Source: an uncultured Bacteroidaceae bacterium (lineage in GTDB: Bacteria; Bacteroidota; Bacteroidia; Bacteroidales; SM23-62). From it: DNA of 64,000 nucleotides. A program made the position numbers and the translations under genes. Below the pieces are notes generated by a model that saw nothing but the letters and a program-made list of their open reading frames with translations, did not search any database and was not told the DNA's origin. Below, piece after piece: positions 1 through 11,122 of this stretch. Numbering within the stretch: position 1 is the first letter of the stretch; each line of letters starts with the position of its first letter. The stretch lies in assembly GCA_963767555.1 (NCBI GenBank), contig CAVYEL010000032.1:25485-89484 (forward strand). Reading direction: 5' to 3'.

Positions 1-16
1 CCAGGGACAGGAAGTT

Positions 17-553
17 TTGACAGTTCCGAAATTGAAGACGGCGACCAGGGATAAGATTGACTTTGGATTCCAGGCAGGAGCCGCCTTCACCAGTTTTGGC
101 AGGTATGGTTCCATGTTTGATACATATATTGCTCCTGAGATCCGGTACCAGGCGGCTCCACGTGTTCATTTTAGTGCAGGGATCGTTCTTTCTACAACCT
201 TTCTGCCTGGTGGGGGTTTTGAAGGTGTTGGAGTACCTGGAAGCAGGCCTGCCGGTCCTTCCGGGCTCCGGTACAACCGCGTCTGGGTTTACGCGGCAGG
301 GGATTACCAGGTCAGTCCCCGGTTAACCATAGGCGGGATGGTGGTCAAAGAGCTGGATAATGACATGTACAGGAATATGAATGCATTTCATAAAAATTCA
401 GGTTTCCAGTCCATCGGTATGAATGTGAACTATAAAATCACAGATAATTTTCATGTAGGGGCAAGATTCAATGTTACTGACGGCCGGCCCTATTATTACA
501 ACGATCCCACCAATCCTTTCATGCGACGCTCCCCCTACAGTCCGGGCTGGTAA
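17..553 (+). CDS. hypothetical beta-strand-rich protein (possible small outer-membrane beta-barrel); 5' end may lie outside the window
   Basis: 178-aa ORF with Gly/aromatic alternating strands (DFGFQAGAAF, YAAGDYQVSPRL, GMNVNYKITDNFHVGARF). The frame has no stop back to base 2. Confidence 0.35.
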   Translation: MTVPKLKTATRDKIDFGFQAGAAFTSFGRYGSMFDTYIAPEIRYQAAPRVHFSAGIVLSTTFLPGGGFEGVGVPGSRPAGPSGLRYNRVWVYAAGDYQVSPRLTIGGMVVKELDNDMYRNMNAFHKNSGFQSIGMNVNYKITDNFHVGARFNVTDGRPYYYNDPTNPFMRRSPYSPGW

Positions 554-568
554 TACAGGAACCACCCG

Positions 569-1246
569 ATGAGCCTGATTATCATTGCCCTAGCGCCCGT
601 ATTAGTCATCGCCACCTATATCTATATCAGAGATAAATATGAACGTGAACCCATCAGGTTATTGCTGATCTCTCTGATTGTTGGCTGTATTATTACGATT
701 CCGGTTGTTTTTGTTGAGGGACTTCTGGCTGCACGTGGTCAGGGTCTTGTGGGACTGGCTTCAGCGGCCTGGAGTGGATTCGTAGTAGCTGCTTTTACAG
801 AAGAACTTTTCAAACTCCTTGCCCTTTATCTGCTGATATGGAGAAACAGACATTTTAATGAAAAATTTGATGGGATTGTATATGCGACTTTTATCTCGCT
901 TGGATTTGCAGGGGTTGAAAACATCTTGTATGTTACTGATGGCGGAATGAGTGTAGGTATTACCAGGGCATTCACTGCTGTACCGGCTCATGCCCTTTTT
1001 GGGATCGTTATGGGTTATCAGTTCGGACTGGCTAAGTTCTACCCGAATGAGCGTTCATGGCGTCTCCTCCTGGCATTGGTGATACCCATTCTGCTGCATG
1101 GGATCTATGATTTTATTCTCATGTCGGGCCATCCATCCCTGCTCTTTGTGTTTATACCGTTTTTAATATTCCTCTGGTTTTTCGGTTTTCGGAGGATACG
1201 TCAACTCTCTGAACGATCCATTTATCGGAATTTCAGGCAGGAATAA
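569..1246 (+). CDS. PrsW-family intramembrane protease
   Basis: 225-aa polytopic membrane protein. PrsW-type motifs FTEELFK (EExxK) and LLHGIYDF (HxxxD). Confidence 0.75.
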   Translation: MSLIIIALAPVLVIATYIYIRDKYEREPIRLLLISLIVGCIITIPVVFVEGLLAARGQGLVGLASAAWSGFVVAAFTEELFKLLALYLLIWRNRHFNEKFDGIVYATFISLGFAGVENILYVTDGGMSVGITRAFTAVPAHALFGIVMGYQFGLAKFYPNERSWRLLLALVIPILLHGIYDFILMSGHPSLLFVFIPFLIFLWFFGFRRIRQLSERSIYRNFRQE

Positions 1247-1259
1247 TCACGGGATTCTG

Positions 1260-1751
1260 ATGAATAGATACTTGCTCATTTTTATTTCTCTTGAAGTTCT
1301 TAATTCCTCGCCCATAAAAAGTCAGAGTCCTGAACGTGGAATAGCACTTCCCATCTCAACACATAATGCCATTGACCTTGAATTTGGGTACAATGGGACA
1401 ACTTATCTTTCTGTAAATTATGATCATATGTTTTTCCTGAAACCGGAAAGATTCGGGCCAGCAATGTTGCTGCGGGCAGGTCTCGGGAACGGGTTCAAAC
1501 CTGAATACGGTTTTTTAGTACTTGCAGAAGCAGCCTATACCACAGGTTATCTGACCTTCGTTGAATTGGGTACTGGTTATATGGGGCAGACAAATGCAGG
1601 CCACTGGCAACACCTTCCATATTTTCTGGCCAGCTTCAGGTACAGGGCAAACAGTGGCATCTCAATACGGCTGATCAGCCGTTTGATCATGAACAGATCA
1701 GAAGAGATACCTTTATTTGGAATGGGGATATCTGTAGGATATACCTTTTGA
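1260..1751 (+). CDS. hypothetical protein
   Basis: 163-aa ORF with a hydrophobic N-terminus, in tandem with the prsW-like gene. No recognisable motif. Confidence 0.35.
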   Translation: MNRYLLIFISLEVLNSSPIKSQSPERGIALPISTHNAIDLEFGYNGTTYLSVNYDHMFFLKPERFGPAMLLRAGLGNGFKPEYGFLVLAEAAYTTGYLTFVELGTGYMGQTNAGHWQHLPYFLASFRYRANSGISIRLISRLIMNRSEEIPLFGMGISVGYTF

Positions 1752-1771
1752 AATAGAATCCTCGGAAGGCC

Positions 1772-2152
1772 TTAATAAATCTCCTCTTTGCGTTGCTTTC
1801 GTTTATTCATCGAGTAAATGATAGATAAAATACCGATGATGAACATAAAGGTTCCCGGTGCAGGAAGATCTTCGAAATGATCCCCGCTTATATAAATTTC
1901 ACAGAACCAGAGCCCGGTATACCAGAGAATGAAGAGAAGCCCGGCCAGCCCTTCCCGGTTGGACCACAGAAAGTACAGTCCAACCAGGAAAACCAGGGCC
2001 AGTAATATAAATATGCTGTTTTCAAGTATACTTTCCCCGGGAAAGATCCCGAGATCAACAGCCACCAGAAAACCAAAGGTTAGATAACCCAATAGAAACA
2101 AACTAGCTAAAACCCTGATCAACCAGAGGAATGGGGTAGGCGTGGATCGCAT
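1772..2152 (-). CDS. hypothetical integral membrane protein
   Basis: 126-aa ORF with about 4 hydrophobic helices. Its start abuts the stop of the 2154-2846 gene. Confidence 0.45.
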   Translation of the reverse strand: MRSTPTPFLWLIRVLASLFLLGYLTFGFLVAVDLGIFPGESILENSIFILLALVFLVGLYFLWSNREGLAGLLFILWYTGLWFCEIYISGDHFEDLPAPGTFMFIIGILSIIYSMNKRKQRKEEIY

Positions 2153-2153
2153 T

Positions 2154-2846
2154 TTACCAGCAGGGTGGTATTAAGACAGTCAAACCAAAAGAAAATCCGA
2201 ATGTACTGTCATGGTATTTGGTTGTTTCAGTGGCGTCCTTGTCTTTCCAGGTTGCCTTCCTGTATGCTATCATCATGTCCAGGGAAATATAATCAACAAT
2301 GAATAATGCCAGACCGGGTCCTATGCCATATTCTGATGCACCCCACTTGTACGTATTGCTCGAGGATCCTGAAGTATATGTTTCTTTTGAACTTCCCCAT
2401 GCAGCTTTACCCTCTGCAAATGGAATTATCTTGCCGCCAAGCAATGCCCACTGCATGGCATAGTAACGGACCCAGGGACCTAGGGTGGTGGTGCTGATCT
2501 TGTCCTTATCATCACCATCTTTGTTTGATTGGCCTCTTATATTAATATTCAGTCCCCCTGCGAGTCCATCCATAAAGAAATATCCGACTCTTGGAGTCAG
2601 GTTATAGCTGGTATATTTGTTTTTATCAGATGTCGTACCATTGCTCGACCAGGTAGAACCAAATGAAAGTCCGGCTGTATTTCCCCCGCCAAGGTGTTCG
2701 AAGTCATAGAAGTCCCCTCCCACAGCAGTAGTGGTGCCAATCAGCAGGCTGCCTTTGGTTAGCTGCGGCGTTAACTGTGCCTGAGAATTAAGTGTAAAAA
2801 CACAGAAAAAGCATACAATAGTTAAGGATGTTAATAATGTTTTCAT
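2154..2846 (-). CDS. outer-membrane beta-barrel protein (porin-like), secreted
   Basis: 230 aa. Signal peptide MKTLLTSLTIVCFFCVFTLNSQA|Q, Gly/Tyr/Thr-rich alternating strands, and a beta-strand-like C-terminal segment (FGFSFGLTVL). Confidence 0.55.
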   Translation of the reverse strand: MKTLLTSLTIVCFFCVFTLNSQAQLTPQLTKGSLLIGTTTAVGGDFYDFEHLGGGNTAGLSFGSTWSSNGTTSDKNKYTSYNLTPRVGYFFMDGLAGGLNINIRGQSNKDGDDKDKISTTTLGPWVRYYAMQWALLGGKIIPFAEGKAAWGSSKETYTSGSSSNTYKWGASEYGIGPGLALFIVDYISLDMMIAYRKATWKDKDATETTKYHDSTFGFSFGLTVLIPPCW

Positions 2847-3101
2847 GGTATGTAGTTTATGGTTTGAATTGATCGGATAAGTTAGTACTTTTCAGGCCTA
2901 ACCGCAAAATTTTACAATTTTTTCTCTACAGGGCAGTTAATTTGAAGAACCGCCTTAACCGATCACCGATTCACTACATTTTATCGAGTATCCAGCCAGG
3001 TTATTATTTAGAAATAATTTGGTCTGAACAAATCAGACATGGGCATCTTTTATTTATATATTTGATCTTCAATAATTTCAGACGTTAATAAAAACCCTAA
3101 A

Positions 3102-3839
3102 ATGAAAAAAATATTATTTCTCATTGTTTTCCTTTTTGCCGGTGTGATCACCTACGCGCAGGACTCATACATTATGTACGAAACCATGTATATCAAACCC
3201 AAATACAGTAACATCAAGGAATTGAATGAAGCCCTGGCAGCACATAATAAAAAATTTCATGCCGATGGCCCTGATGCAGTGGCCATCCAGCGTGTGGCAA
3301 ACGGATCAAGAGCAGGCCAGCTGGTCTGGGTCATGGGCCCACTTAGCTTTACTGATCTTGATAGCAGGCCATCGGATAAGGCCCATGAAGATGACTGGAA
3401 TGCTGTGATGCCTTATATTGATGAGGTTACAGAGGTGGAATACTGGCGAATGGACGCCGATCTTTCCTACACCCCTGAAGGTTGGAATTTTACTCCCAAG
3501 ATCCATATACGGTCCTGGGAATTGAAGCATGGTAAAACTGAGGAATTTCTTGAGATCATGAAAAAGATTGTGGAGGTATTCAGGACCAAAGCCTATGACA
3601 ATTCCTGGCATGTCTACTGGAACTATTTCCAGACCGGCAATGGCAGGGATATATCAGGTGTCTTTGGATTCGATAAATGGGCTTTTTATGATGAAGATCC
3701 GGTATTTATTCAGGACTTTGAAGAAATCAACGGAGAGGGATCCTGGGCAGAAACTTTTGAGACCATGACCCAGGTGACTGTCGAAATGACCGAAGAGCTG
3801 CGTGAGTTAATCCCTGAACTTGGCGGATCAGCAGACTAG
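3102..3839 (+). CDS. hypothetical secreted protein
   Basis: 245 aa. Signal peptide MKKILFLIVFLFAGVITYA|Q. No family recognised. Confidence 0.5.
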   Translation: MKKILFLIVFLFAGVITYAQDSYIMYETMYIKPKYSNIKELNEALAAHNKKFHADGPDAVAIQRVANGSRAGQLVWVMGPLSFTDLDSRPSDKAHEDDWNAVMPYIDEVTEVEYWRMDADLSYTPEGWNFTPKIHIRSWELKHGKTEEFLEIMKKIVEVFRTKAYDNSWHVYWNYFQTGNGRDISGVFGFDKWAFYDEDPVFIQDFEEINGEGSWAETFETMTQVTVEMTEELRELIPELGGSAD

Positions 3840-3973
3840 CAAAAACAACCCTTCGGGTGATTTACGCCATGGTAAGAAAATTTTGCCATGGCTTTTTTTA
3901 TGTCATTTTGCCCGGTTTTCAATCAGGCATGGTTTTAGCCGCTCTATGCAGATACAATATATAATACAGGATC

Positions 3974-4996
3974 ATGGCATACATATTAAATATACAGGAT
4001 AATGAGCAGGTTAGCCGTCCACTTAAGGATGCAGATCATCCGGTAAACGATCTGCCACTACTGGATGCATATTCAGAAGCCATCATTGCAGCCACCAGGA
4101 TAAGCAGTCCGGCTGTTGTCAACATTAAGATCTCCAGGCCCATGAAGGGAAGAGGAAGACAGGAACAACCGGGAGGTGGTTCAGGATTTATCATTTCCCC
4201 TGAAGGGTTTATTGCGACAAATAATCATGTGGCTGAAGGGAACAGCAGGATTGAGGTCGAATTGCAGGATGGGAATATTTATGAAGCTGAAGTGACTGGT
4301 CTTGATCCATATACAGACTTGGCCGTACTAAAGATCTACACATCAAATCTGACGAATATCAGTTTTCAAAATAGTGATCCGGTTCGGGTAGGGCAGCTAG
4401 CCATCGCACTTGGCAATCCCTATGGATTTCAATGTACAGTGACCACAGGCGTGGTCAGTGCACTGGGACGGACTCTGAAAACAAAATCAGGCCGTTCAAT
4501 CGATAATGTAATACAAACTGATGCGGCACTGAACCCGGGCAATTCCGGAGGTCCCCTGGTTGATTCACAAGGGGGTGTGATCGGGGTCAATACTGCTATC
4601 ATATATCCGGCACAGGGCATCTGTTTCGCCATCAGTGCAGGGACGGCTGAATACATTGTCAGCAAACTTATCATGGAAGGGCGGATACGCAGGGCTTTTC
4701 TGGGGATTGCTGGACAATACATACCCCTACCTTTGCGGGTGATCCATTACAATAAGCTTGATACAGCCAGCGGAGTCAGAGTGGAACACCTGGAAAGCAG
4801 TCAGCGGTTTGATAATCATTTCATCAAAAAAGGGGATATCATCATACATTTCAATGGTGAACCTGTTACCGGCATTGACAGCCTGCAGAAGTTGCTTGAT
4901 GAGCAAACCATAGGTAGAAAACTCGAAATGGGTATTCTGAGAAAGGGTAAAAAACAAACTATCAAGGTGATTCCTGGTGAGTTGATGGACAACTGA
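3974..4996 (+). CDS. S1C (HtrA/DegP-like) trypsin-fold serine protease with C-terminal PDZ-like domain
   Basis: 340 aa. Motifs TNNHV (His), DLAVLK (Asp) and GNSGGPL (Ser). PDZ-like tail GDIIIHFNGEPVTGIDSL. No obvious signal peptide. Confidence 0.8.
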   Translation: MAYILNIQDNEQVSRPLKDADHPVNDLPLLDAYSEAIIAATRISSPAVVNIKISRPMKGRGRQEQPGGGSGFIISPEGFIATNNHVAEGNSRIEVELQDGNIYEAEVTGLDPYTDLAVLKIYTSNLTNISFQNSDPVRVGQLAIALGNPYGFQCTVTTGVVSALGRTLKTKSGRSIDNVIQTDAALNPGNSGGPLVDSQGGVIGVNTAIIYPAQGICFAISAGTAEYIVSKLIMEGRIRRAFLGIAGQYIPLPLRVIHYNKLDTASGVRVEHLESSQRFDNHFIKKGDIIIHFNGEPVTGIDSLQKLLDEQTIGRKLEMGILRKGKKQTIKVIPGELMDN

Positions 4997-5017
4997 CCCT
5001 GGAGATGAATCCTGCCC

Positions 5018-5687
5018 TCAGGCCATCTTTGATCTTCTGATATTTGTGTAATCCTGGTAGAAACTCGGATGTGTAATTGAAAAAACCGTCATCAGCCTGT
5101 CCAGCCTTTTTTCCAGCATTTCCCGGTTGGCTTTCAACAGGCGGTTGGAAGATGTCTTTGACTTGCTTCGGTTGCGGAGCAGATCTTCGTTCAATTGCAA
5201 GGCATATGCATATTTAGTGAGTGCTGTACTGAGCTCATCCACCATCATGGCCGTTAACCCGTATCTTGAAAGTTCACTGTTTTCCTGTTCCGGATCCGGA
5301 AAGTATTTCTCCGTGGTTTTTAGCATCCGGCTGGCAAGATCCAGCAGTTTTCCCTTTTTCATTTTATTCAATTCATCCTGGCTGATGATCATGCTCCTCA
5401 TCCCCTTTTTTATTTTAGCGTCGGACATATAAACGGCCAGTATATTGGCAACCGGAAAGATCTTTCCAATCAACTGTATCTTGTTTTGCCTTCAAATCAT
5501 CCTGAACCGGAACAAGGCTCTTCTCAAGATCAGGCTGCAGGTCTATCAACTTTTTCAGGTTTCTTACGAATTCATCGTAGGTCTTCCTGATCTCAGCGAT
5601 TGAATTCCACTTTTCGAGCTGGTCCTCCATCAACTTGTTTATCTCCTGGAATTGCAATATCCAGGCTGATCGATTCTTACTTTTCAT
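5018..5687 (-). CDS. hypothetical helical protein, apparent frameshift (two overlapping ORFs 5415-5687 and 5018-5473)
   Basis: Two same-strand ORFs overlap by about 60 nt in different frames. The start overlaps the CHAD gene stop, suggesting translational coupling. Confidence 0.4.
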
Positions 5688-6618
5688 CGGTGAAAATATT
5701 TAATGGTTCAGGTTTTGACTTTGTGTAAACTTTCCAATAGCTGGCCAGGCGGTTTACCATGGCAGCAGGTTTCTCACTGTAAGCGATATCTGCCATTGGC
5801 CATATGTTATATAGCAACATGGATTTCCTGGCAAGACAGGCCTCCTGCAATGTCTCGCTTACCTTGTAGTCAGGGATGATATTTGACTCGCTAAGGAAAT
5901 CTTGAAGTAACTGCAGATCATGGTAAATGCCCAGGTTTTCTGCAATTGCTTCAAGTGTGCTGGCATAGGCTTTCATCGGACCAGGGAATATGGGTTGCAA
6001 AATTTCCACCTGGTACCAGAAGTACTTCATCCGTTTCCTTAAATCGTGCAGCTGGGTCGGGGAAGGGTTATTCCTGGCATCACGGAGGTATCTTTTTCCC
6101 TGGCGGTACATCCTGGACAAACCTCCTTCAAATACCCTGAAATCATTATGCCTGATAGGGAAGTCATATATCCTATCCCTGGCAATTTCAATTTTCCCGG
6201 CTATCTCTTTCAGTAACTGGCTTAGCCCGGCCTGACCTCCCATCACCATATTCTGCTGCCTTCCCAACTCCTCTTCCAATAAAACAAAGACATCAGAAGG
6301 AATGGTTTTTGACAGGTCCTCCTGCAGATTTTTGATAGAGTTTGAAAGCACCTCGAAATTCCTAATATCAGACAGTTGCCTGCTCAGGTCCCTGTAAAAA
6401 GTATTCTCCCTGTAATAGGAGCTGTATCCTATCTCGTCCCTGATCATCCGCAATACGGCACGGATCCTTTTCATGCTTTTCCTGGTCTCATGGATTGATT
6501 TATGTACTTCTTCCTGTCCCTTCTCAGACTGCATTATAATATAATGGAACTGTTCAAGAAGAATTCGGTGGATATTTATGCTTATGCTTTCCTTATTGGA
6601 TATGGTGAATCCTTTCAT
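5677..6618 (-). CDS. CHAD domain-containing protein
   Basis: 313-aa all-helical protein. CHAD-like basic helices HETRKSMKRIRAVLRMIRD and LHDLRKRMKYFWYQVEIL. Confidence 0.6.
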   Translation of the reverse strand: MKGFTISNKESISINIHRILLEQFHYIIMQSEKGQEEVHKSIHETRKSMKRIRAVLRMIRDEIGYSSYYRENTFYRDLSRQLSDIRNFEVLSNSIKNLQEDLSKTIPSDVFVLLEEELGRQQNMVMGGQAGLSQLLKEIAGKIEIARDRIYDFPIRHNDFRVFEGGLSRMYRQGKRYLRDARNNPSPTQLHDLRKRMKYFWYQVEILQPIFPGPMKAYASTLEAIAENLGIYHDLQLLQDFLSESNIIPDYKVSETLQEACLARKSMLLYNIWPMADIAYSEKPAAMVNRLASYWKVYTKSKPEPLNIFTDEK

Positions 6619-6685
6619 ATATGCGGGTACTCTGTCAATCGATCCAGATAAATTTACGGAATATGCAGCTGATTTTCAAAATACA

Positions 6686-9638
6686 TCAGTAGCGCGGATC
6701 CGGCTTCACGGGCAGTTTGGCCAGCTTCTCAACGGTGATGCTGGGAAAACCAAGTTCCTCTTCGACCTTACCCAGGATCAGGTAGACACCGTATCCCCGG
6801 AAAGGATATTGTCTGAGTGACTTGGGAAAGTGTATAGTGTCGAAAAATTCCCCCTCAGCATCGAGGAAGGCAGCAAAATGCATCCATTCCTTTTTAACAG
6901 TCCGCACATTTTTGATGGTGACAAGATTGCCTGCCATCCGTACAGTCCTGCCTGTATGTTTCATCAGGTCGCGGGCCATGATCTCTCCCCTGAACGAGGT
7001 CTTCAGAAGGTCGAAAGCGGTCAGGGAAACCGGAAATTCCAGCAATTCGATTTCATCGTAGACATCTTCCAGGGCAGATTCCTTCAGTTCGGGAAGGTTG
7101 AATTTTTTTTCGGGCAGCTGGAAGAGGGACTTATCCCGTTTCACCCTGGTGTTTTGTCCCAATTGCATATGGGCGTTCCAGAGCAGCACTTTTTTCCCCT
7201 TGCCGGTGAAACGGAAGGCACCGATGCGGATCAGGATGACCAGCTGCTCGAGCCCGATGGGTACCCGGCTGACAAAATGCTCGAGGCTTTTGTAAGGTCC
7301 CCTCAGTTCACGTTCCTCCAGGATGGCTGAAATGGTTTTTGATTCCAGGTTGGATATATGAATGAAACCCAGGTAGATATCCTTCCCTGTGATGGAGGTC
7401 TTGAGCTGGCTGTGATTGATGCAGGGCAGGTTGATGGTGGCCCCGCAGCGCCTGGCTTCATTGACATAGACCCAGGTGCGGTAAAATCCTCCGAAATTAT
7501 TGATCACGGCCACCATGAATTCCAGGGGGAAATGGGACTTCAGATAGAGGCTCTGGAAGCTTTCCACGGCATAGGAGGCGGAATGGGCCTTGGAGAAGGA
7601 ATACCCGGCAAAGGATTCGATCTGCCGCCAGACCTCTCTGGCCAGTTCATCCGTGATAGCCCCTGGTCCTGCAGTTTTCGAAATACCTGGCGGCGATCCG
7701 CTTGAATTCTCCTTTGGAGCGGAATTTTCCGCTCATGGCCCTGCGCAGCACATCCGCATCGGCCAGGTCGAGTCCCGCAAAATGATGGCAGATCTTGATC
7801 ACATCTTCCTGGTAGACCATCACGCCATAGGTCTCCTTCAGCTGCTCCTCCATGACCGGGTGGAGGTACTCAAACTCACCGGGATGGTGGAAGCGCCAGA
7901 TGTATTCCCGCATCATGCCGGACTTGGCCACCCCGGGACGAATGATGGAACTGGCCGCCACCAGGCTGAGGTAATTGTCACAGCGGAGTTTTTTCAGGAG
8001 TCCTCGCATGGCGGGACTCTCCATATAGAAACATCCGTTGGTTTCTCCCCGCCTTCAACTGCTCGCGTACCTCAGGGTCCTTCTTGAAGGCTTCCACTTC
8101 ATGCACATCGATTCTTTTGCGCTGGTTGTCCAGCACGATATCCACGCATTCCTTGATATGCCCGATGCCCCGCTGGCTGAGGATATCAAGCTTCTCAAAG
8201 CCGATCTCCTCGGCCACGTACATATCCCATTGCGTGGTCTGGAAGCCTTTCGGGGGCATGTCCAGGGCCGTATAGGCGGTGATGGGCTCTTCGGAGATCA
8301 GCACACCGCCGGCATGGATGCTTCGCTGGTTGGGGAAGTCCATGATCTTATGCCCGATGTACATGATCTTTTCGGTGATCTGGCTGCGGTTCATCATGTC
8401 GTCGGGGTACTGCACCAGGTGGTCGATCTCCGCTTTTGGGCAGCCCGTATACCTTGCCCAGTTCACGGACGATGGACCGGTCGCGGAAGGTGGAGATGGT
8501 CCCCAGCAGGGCCGTATGCTTTTCCCCGTAGCGCTTGAAGATATAGTCCAGCACCTCGTCCCGCTCCTTCCAGGAATAGTCGATGTCGAAATCCGGTGGA
8601 CTCGTCCGCTTGGGATTGATGAAACGCTCGAAATACAGGTCCAGCTCAATGGGGTCCACATCCGTGATCTTCAGGCAGTAAGCCACCACGGAGTTGGCCC
8701 CGCTGCCCCGTCCCACATGGTAGAACCCCCTGGACATGGAATAGCGTATGATATCCCAGGTGATCAGGAAATAGGCCGAGAAACCCATGCGGTCGATGAT
8801 CTCCAGTTCATGCTTGACCCGCCGGTTGGCTTCGGGTTGTTTTTCCCGTAACGGTGGAGCATCCCGTCGAGGGCCAGTTTTTCCAGCAAGCAGCTTGTCA
8901 TCATAGCGGCTGCCGGTGAAGCAGTCCTTGTTCTTGATGGTGTTGAAATCGAAATCAATATGGGCTTCCCCCAGTATATACTCCGTGTTCCGGATGATTT
9001 CAGGGTAGGATTTAAAGGCTTCCATGAAGTGGTCGGGAGACCTGAAAATACTCGTCAGCCGCCGCCAGGTGTTCCCCGTTGATCTTGCTCAGCAGGGTAT
9101 TGTTATCGATTGCCCTGAGATGCTTGTGGATGGCGTAATCGTCTTTTGTCCCGAAAGTGACCGGCTGGTTGACGAGCAGTTTTGAAGACTTGTGCCGGAA
9201 AGGGGAGGAGAGGAGCCTGCGCACCTCCGAGGGCCGTATGCCGACGTATTCGTTATCGAGCAGCTGGGCAGGGGTCTTGCTGCCGAAAGGAAAAATGGTC
9301 CATGCATCCTTGAAGGGCGGGGGATCAGCGGGCAGCGGTTCTTTGTTCACATTGCATGCCGTGAGGAATTCATTCAGTTCACGGAAACCGTCATTATTAC
9401 GAGCCACCCCGGTATATAACTGCCGGTTCCCGTCGCGGAACTCAATGCCTGCCACGGGATGTATGCCATGCTGCCGGCATGCCTTGATGAAATCCATGAT
9501 GCCCATGGAATTGTTGATATCGGTCAGGACCAGTGCCGGCGCACCTCTCCCGGCAGCCTGTTCAACCAGGGTTTCCACGGACATGGTGCCATAGCGCAGG
9601 CTATAATATGAATGACAATTCAGGTACATCGGTATCAT
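6686..9638 (-). pseudogene. dnaE2: error-prone DNA polymerase III alpha-like (DnaE2-type), at least 6 frame disruptions
   Basis: Five or more consecutive same-strand ORF fragments together read as one DnaE. These cover the PHP N-terminus (MYLNCHSYYSLRYGT..LVLTDINN), MGFSAYFLITWDII..GRGSGANSVVAYCL, PDFDIDY, IHAGGVLIS, FEKLDILSQRGI, SIIRPG, QEDV and the C-terminal OB region. Fragment frames differ at about 9015, 8900, 8770, 8350-8660, 8000 and 7570-7650. Confidence 0.85.
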
Positions 9639-9654
9639 CGGTATGCACTGAGTG

Positions 9655-10969
9655 TCACCCAGTATGTGTGCCGGTTAGATAATCCGGGCGGTTGATCTTC
9701 CACAGCCGCTTGAAAGTGCTGCCTCCGACCTGCCAGCTGGACCGCTGTTCGATCTCCTCCGGCAGGGGCCTGTCCGGCCTTGCATCTTCTTCCTCGTCTT
9801 CCTTCATCTTCTCTCGGTTGCTGATCCCCACGGCCCTCCGTACCGTTTTTTTTCCGTAGCGGTTCCGGAGCTTGTCGAGGGCCAGGTAGAGCCGGATCAT
9901 CTCCGGGGTGTCTTCGAACAGGTTCAGTTGCTGCACCCCGCCGACCAGGTGGCTGAGCTTGACCCCGATCAGGCGGATCAGTATTCTGCGCTGGTAGAGC
10001 CGGTCGAACAGTTCCTTGGCGGCTTCGATCAGCACATGGTCGAAAGAGGTGTAGGGGATGTGCTTCTGCAGGGTATGGGTGTCGAAATTGGAATACCTTA
10101 TCTTCACCGTGATGCAGGCCGTCAGTTTCTGTTTTTTCCGCAGGTCATAGGCCAGCCTTTCCACCATGCTTACCAGCAGTTCTTTCATGTGGACCACGTC
10201 GATGCTGTCTTTTTCGAAGGTCCTTTCCGTACTGATGGATTTCCGCTCGGAGTAAGGCCTGACAGGCGCGGCATCGATCCCGTTGGCCCTTCTCCAGACC
10301 TCGTTGCCGTTCTTGCCCAGTACCTTTTCCATCATTTCCACGGGCATCTCCTGCAGGGTATGGATGGTCTGTATGCCCATGGATCGCAGCAGGTGATAGG
10401 TTTTGTCCCCGATCATCGGGATCTTCCGTATGGAAAGTGGGGAAAGGAAAGGGATCACCCGGGATTTGACCACCTCCAGTTCCCCGTTGGGCTTGGCTTC
10501 CCCCGTGGCGATCTTGGAAACGGTCTTGTTCACTGAAAGCCCGTAGGAGATCGGCAGTCCCGTGTGTGTCATGATCTTCTGCCGCAGTTCCTGCGTCCAT
10601 TTCATGCAGCCGAAGAAACGGTCCATTCCCGATATATCTATATAATGTTCATCGATGGAGGCTTTCTCATACAAAGGCGCCTCCTCGGCGATGACATCGG
10701 TCACCAGGCGGGAATATTTCGTGTACATCTCCGATGTCCCCCCGGATGATGATCGCATCGTTACAAAGATTCCTGGCCAGTTTCATGGGCATGGCCGAAT
10801 GTACCCCGTATTGCCTCGCCTCATAACTGCAGCTGGCTACCACTGCCCGGTCTGATAATCCCCCGATAATCACCGGTTTTCCCTCCAGGCTGCTGTCCCT
10901 CAAACGCTCGACCGACACAAAAAAAGTATCCAGGTCGAGGTGCACGATATTTCTTTCCCTCATATCCAC
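9655..10969 (-). pseudogene. Y-family DNA polymerase (DinB/ImuB-like), one frameshift near 10700-10760
   Basis: The N-terminal fragment has [12 protein letters not shown] and [14 protein letters not shown]. The second fragment has SIDEHYIDISG, the little-finger region and a basic tail. It lies directly upstream of, and is co-oriented with, the dnaE2-like gene. Confidence 0.85.
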
Positions 10970-11091
10970 TAAAAAAATCTCCCAATATTTTGTTTTTTAA
11001 ATATTTGTTGTAATTTTGATTAATATATTAGTCATAGATATACGATTAAAATATAATCAATCCGATTGAGAAAGTAAAGAAACCGGGAAAA

Positions 11092-11099
11092 TATTTTTG
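11092..11099 (+). promoter_or_regulatory. candidate Bacteroidota-type -7 promoter box (TATTTTTG = TAnnTTTG)
   Basis: Matches the TAnnTTTG consensus 24 nt upstream of the ATG at 11123, in an AT-rich divergent intergenic region. Confidence 0.3.
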
Positions 11100-11122
11100 T
11101 CTAACAATCAAAAAAAATAGCC

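Noticed and set aside
7358-8851. Long plus-strand ORFs (115-190 aa) opposite the dnaE2-like gene. Similar antisense ORFs lie opposite the Y-polymerase at 9928-10536.
   Set aside because: The translations are low-complexity and Gly/Pro/His/Arg-rich with no motifs. They lie antisense to clearly homologous polymerase sequence in a GC-rich block, where stop codons are rare. They are shadow ORFs.
11018-11058. GATTA..TAATC-like imperfect palindromes (GATTAATATATTAGTC and GATTAAAATATAATC) as candidate operators of the LexA-like repressor.
   Set aside because: The two copies have different spacer lengths (6 versus 5) and are imperfect. They lie in a very AT-rich region where such matches arise by chance.
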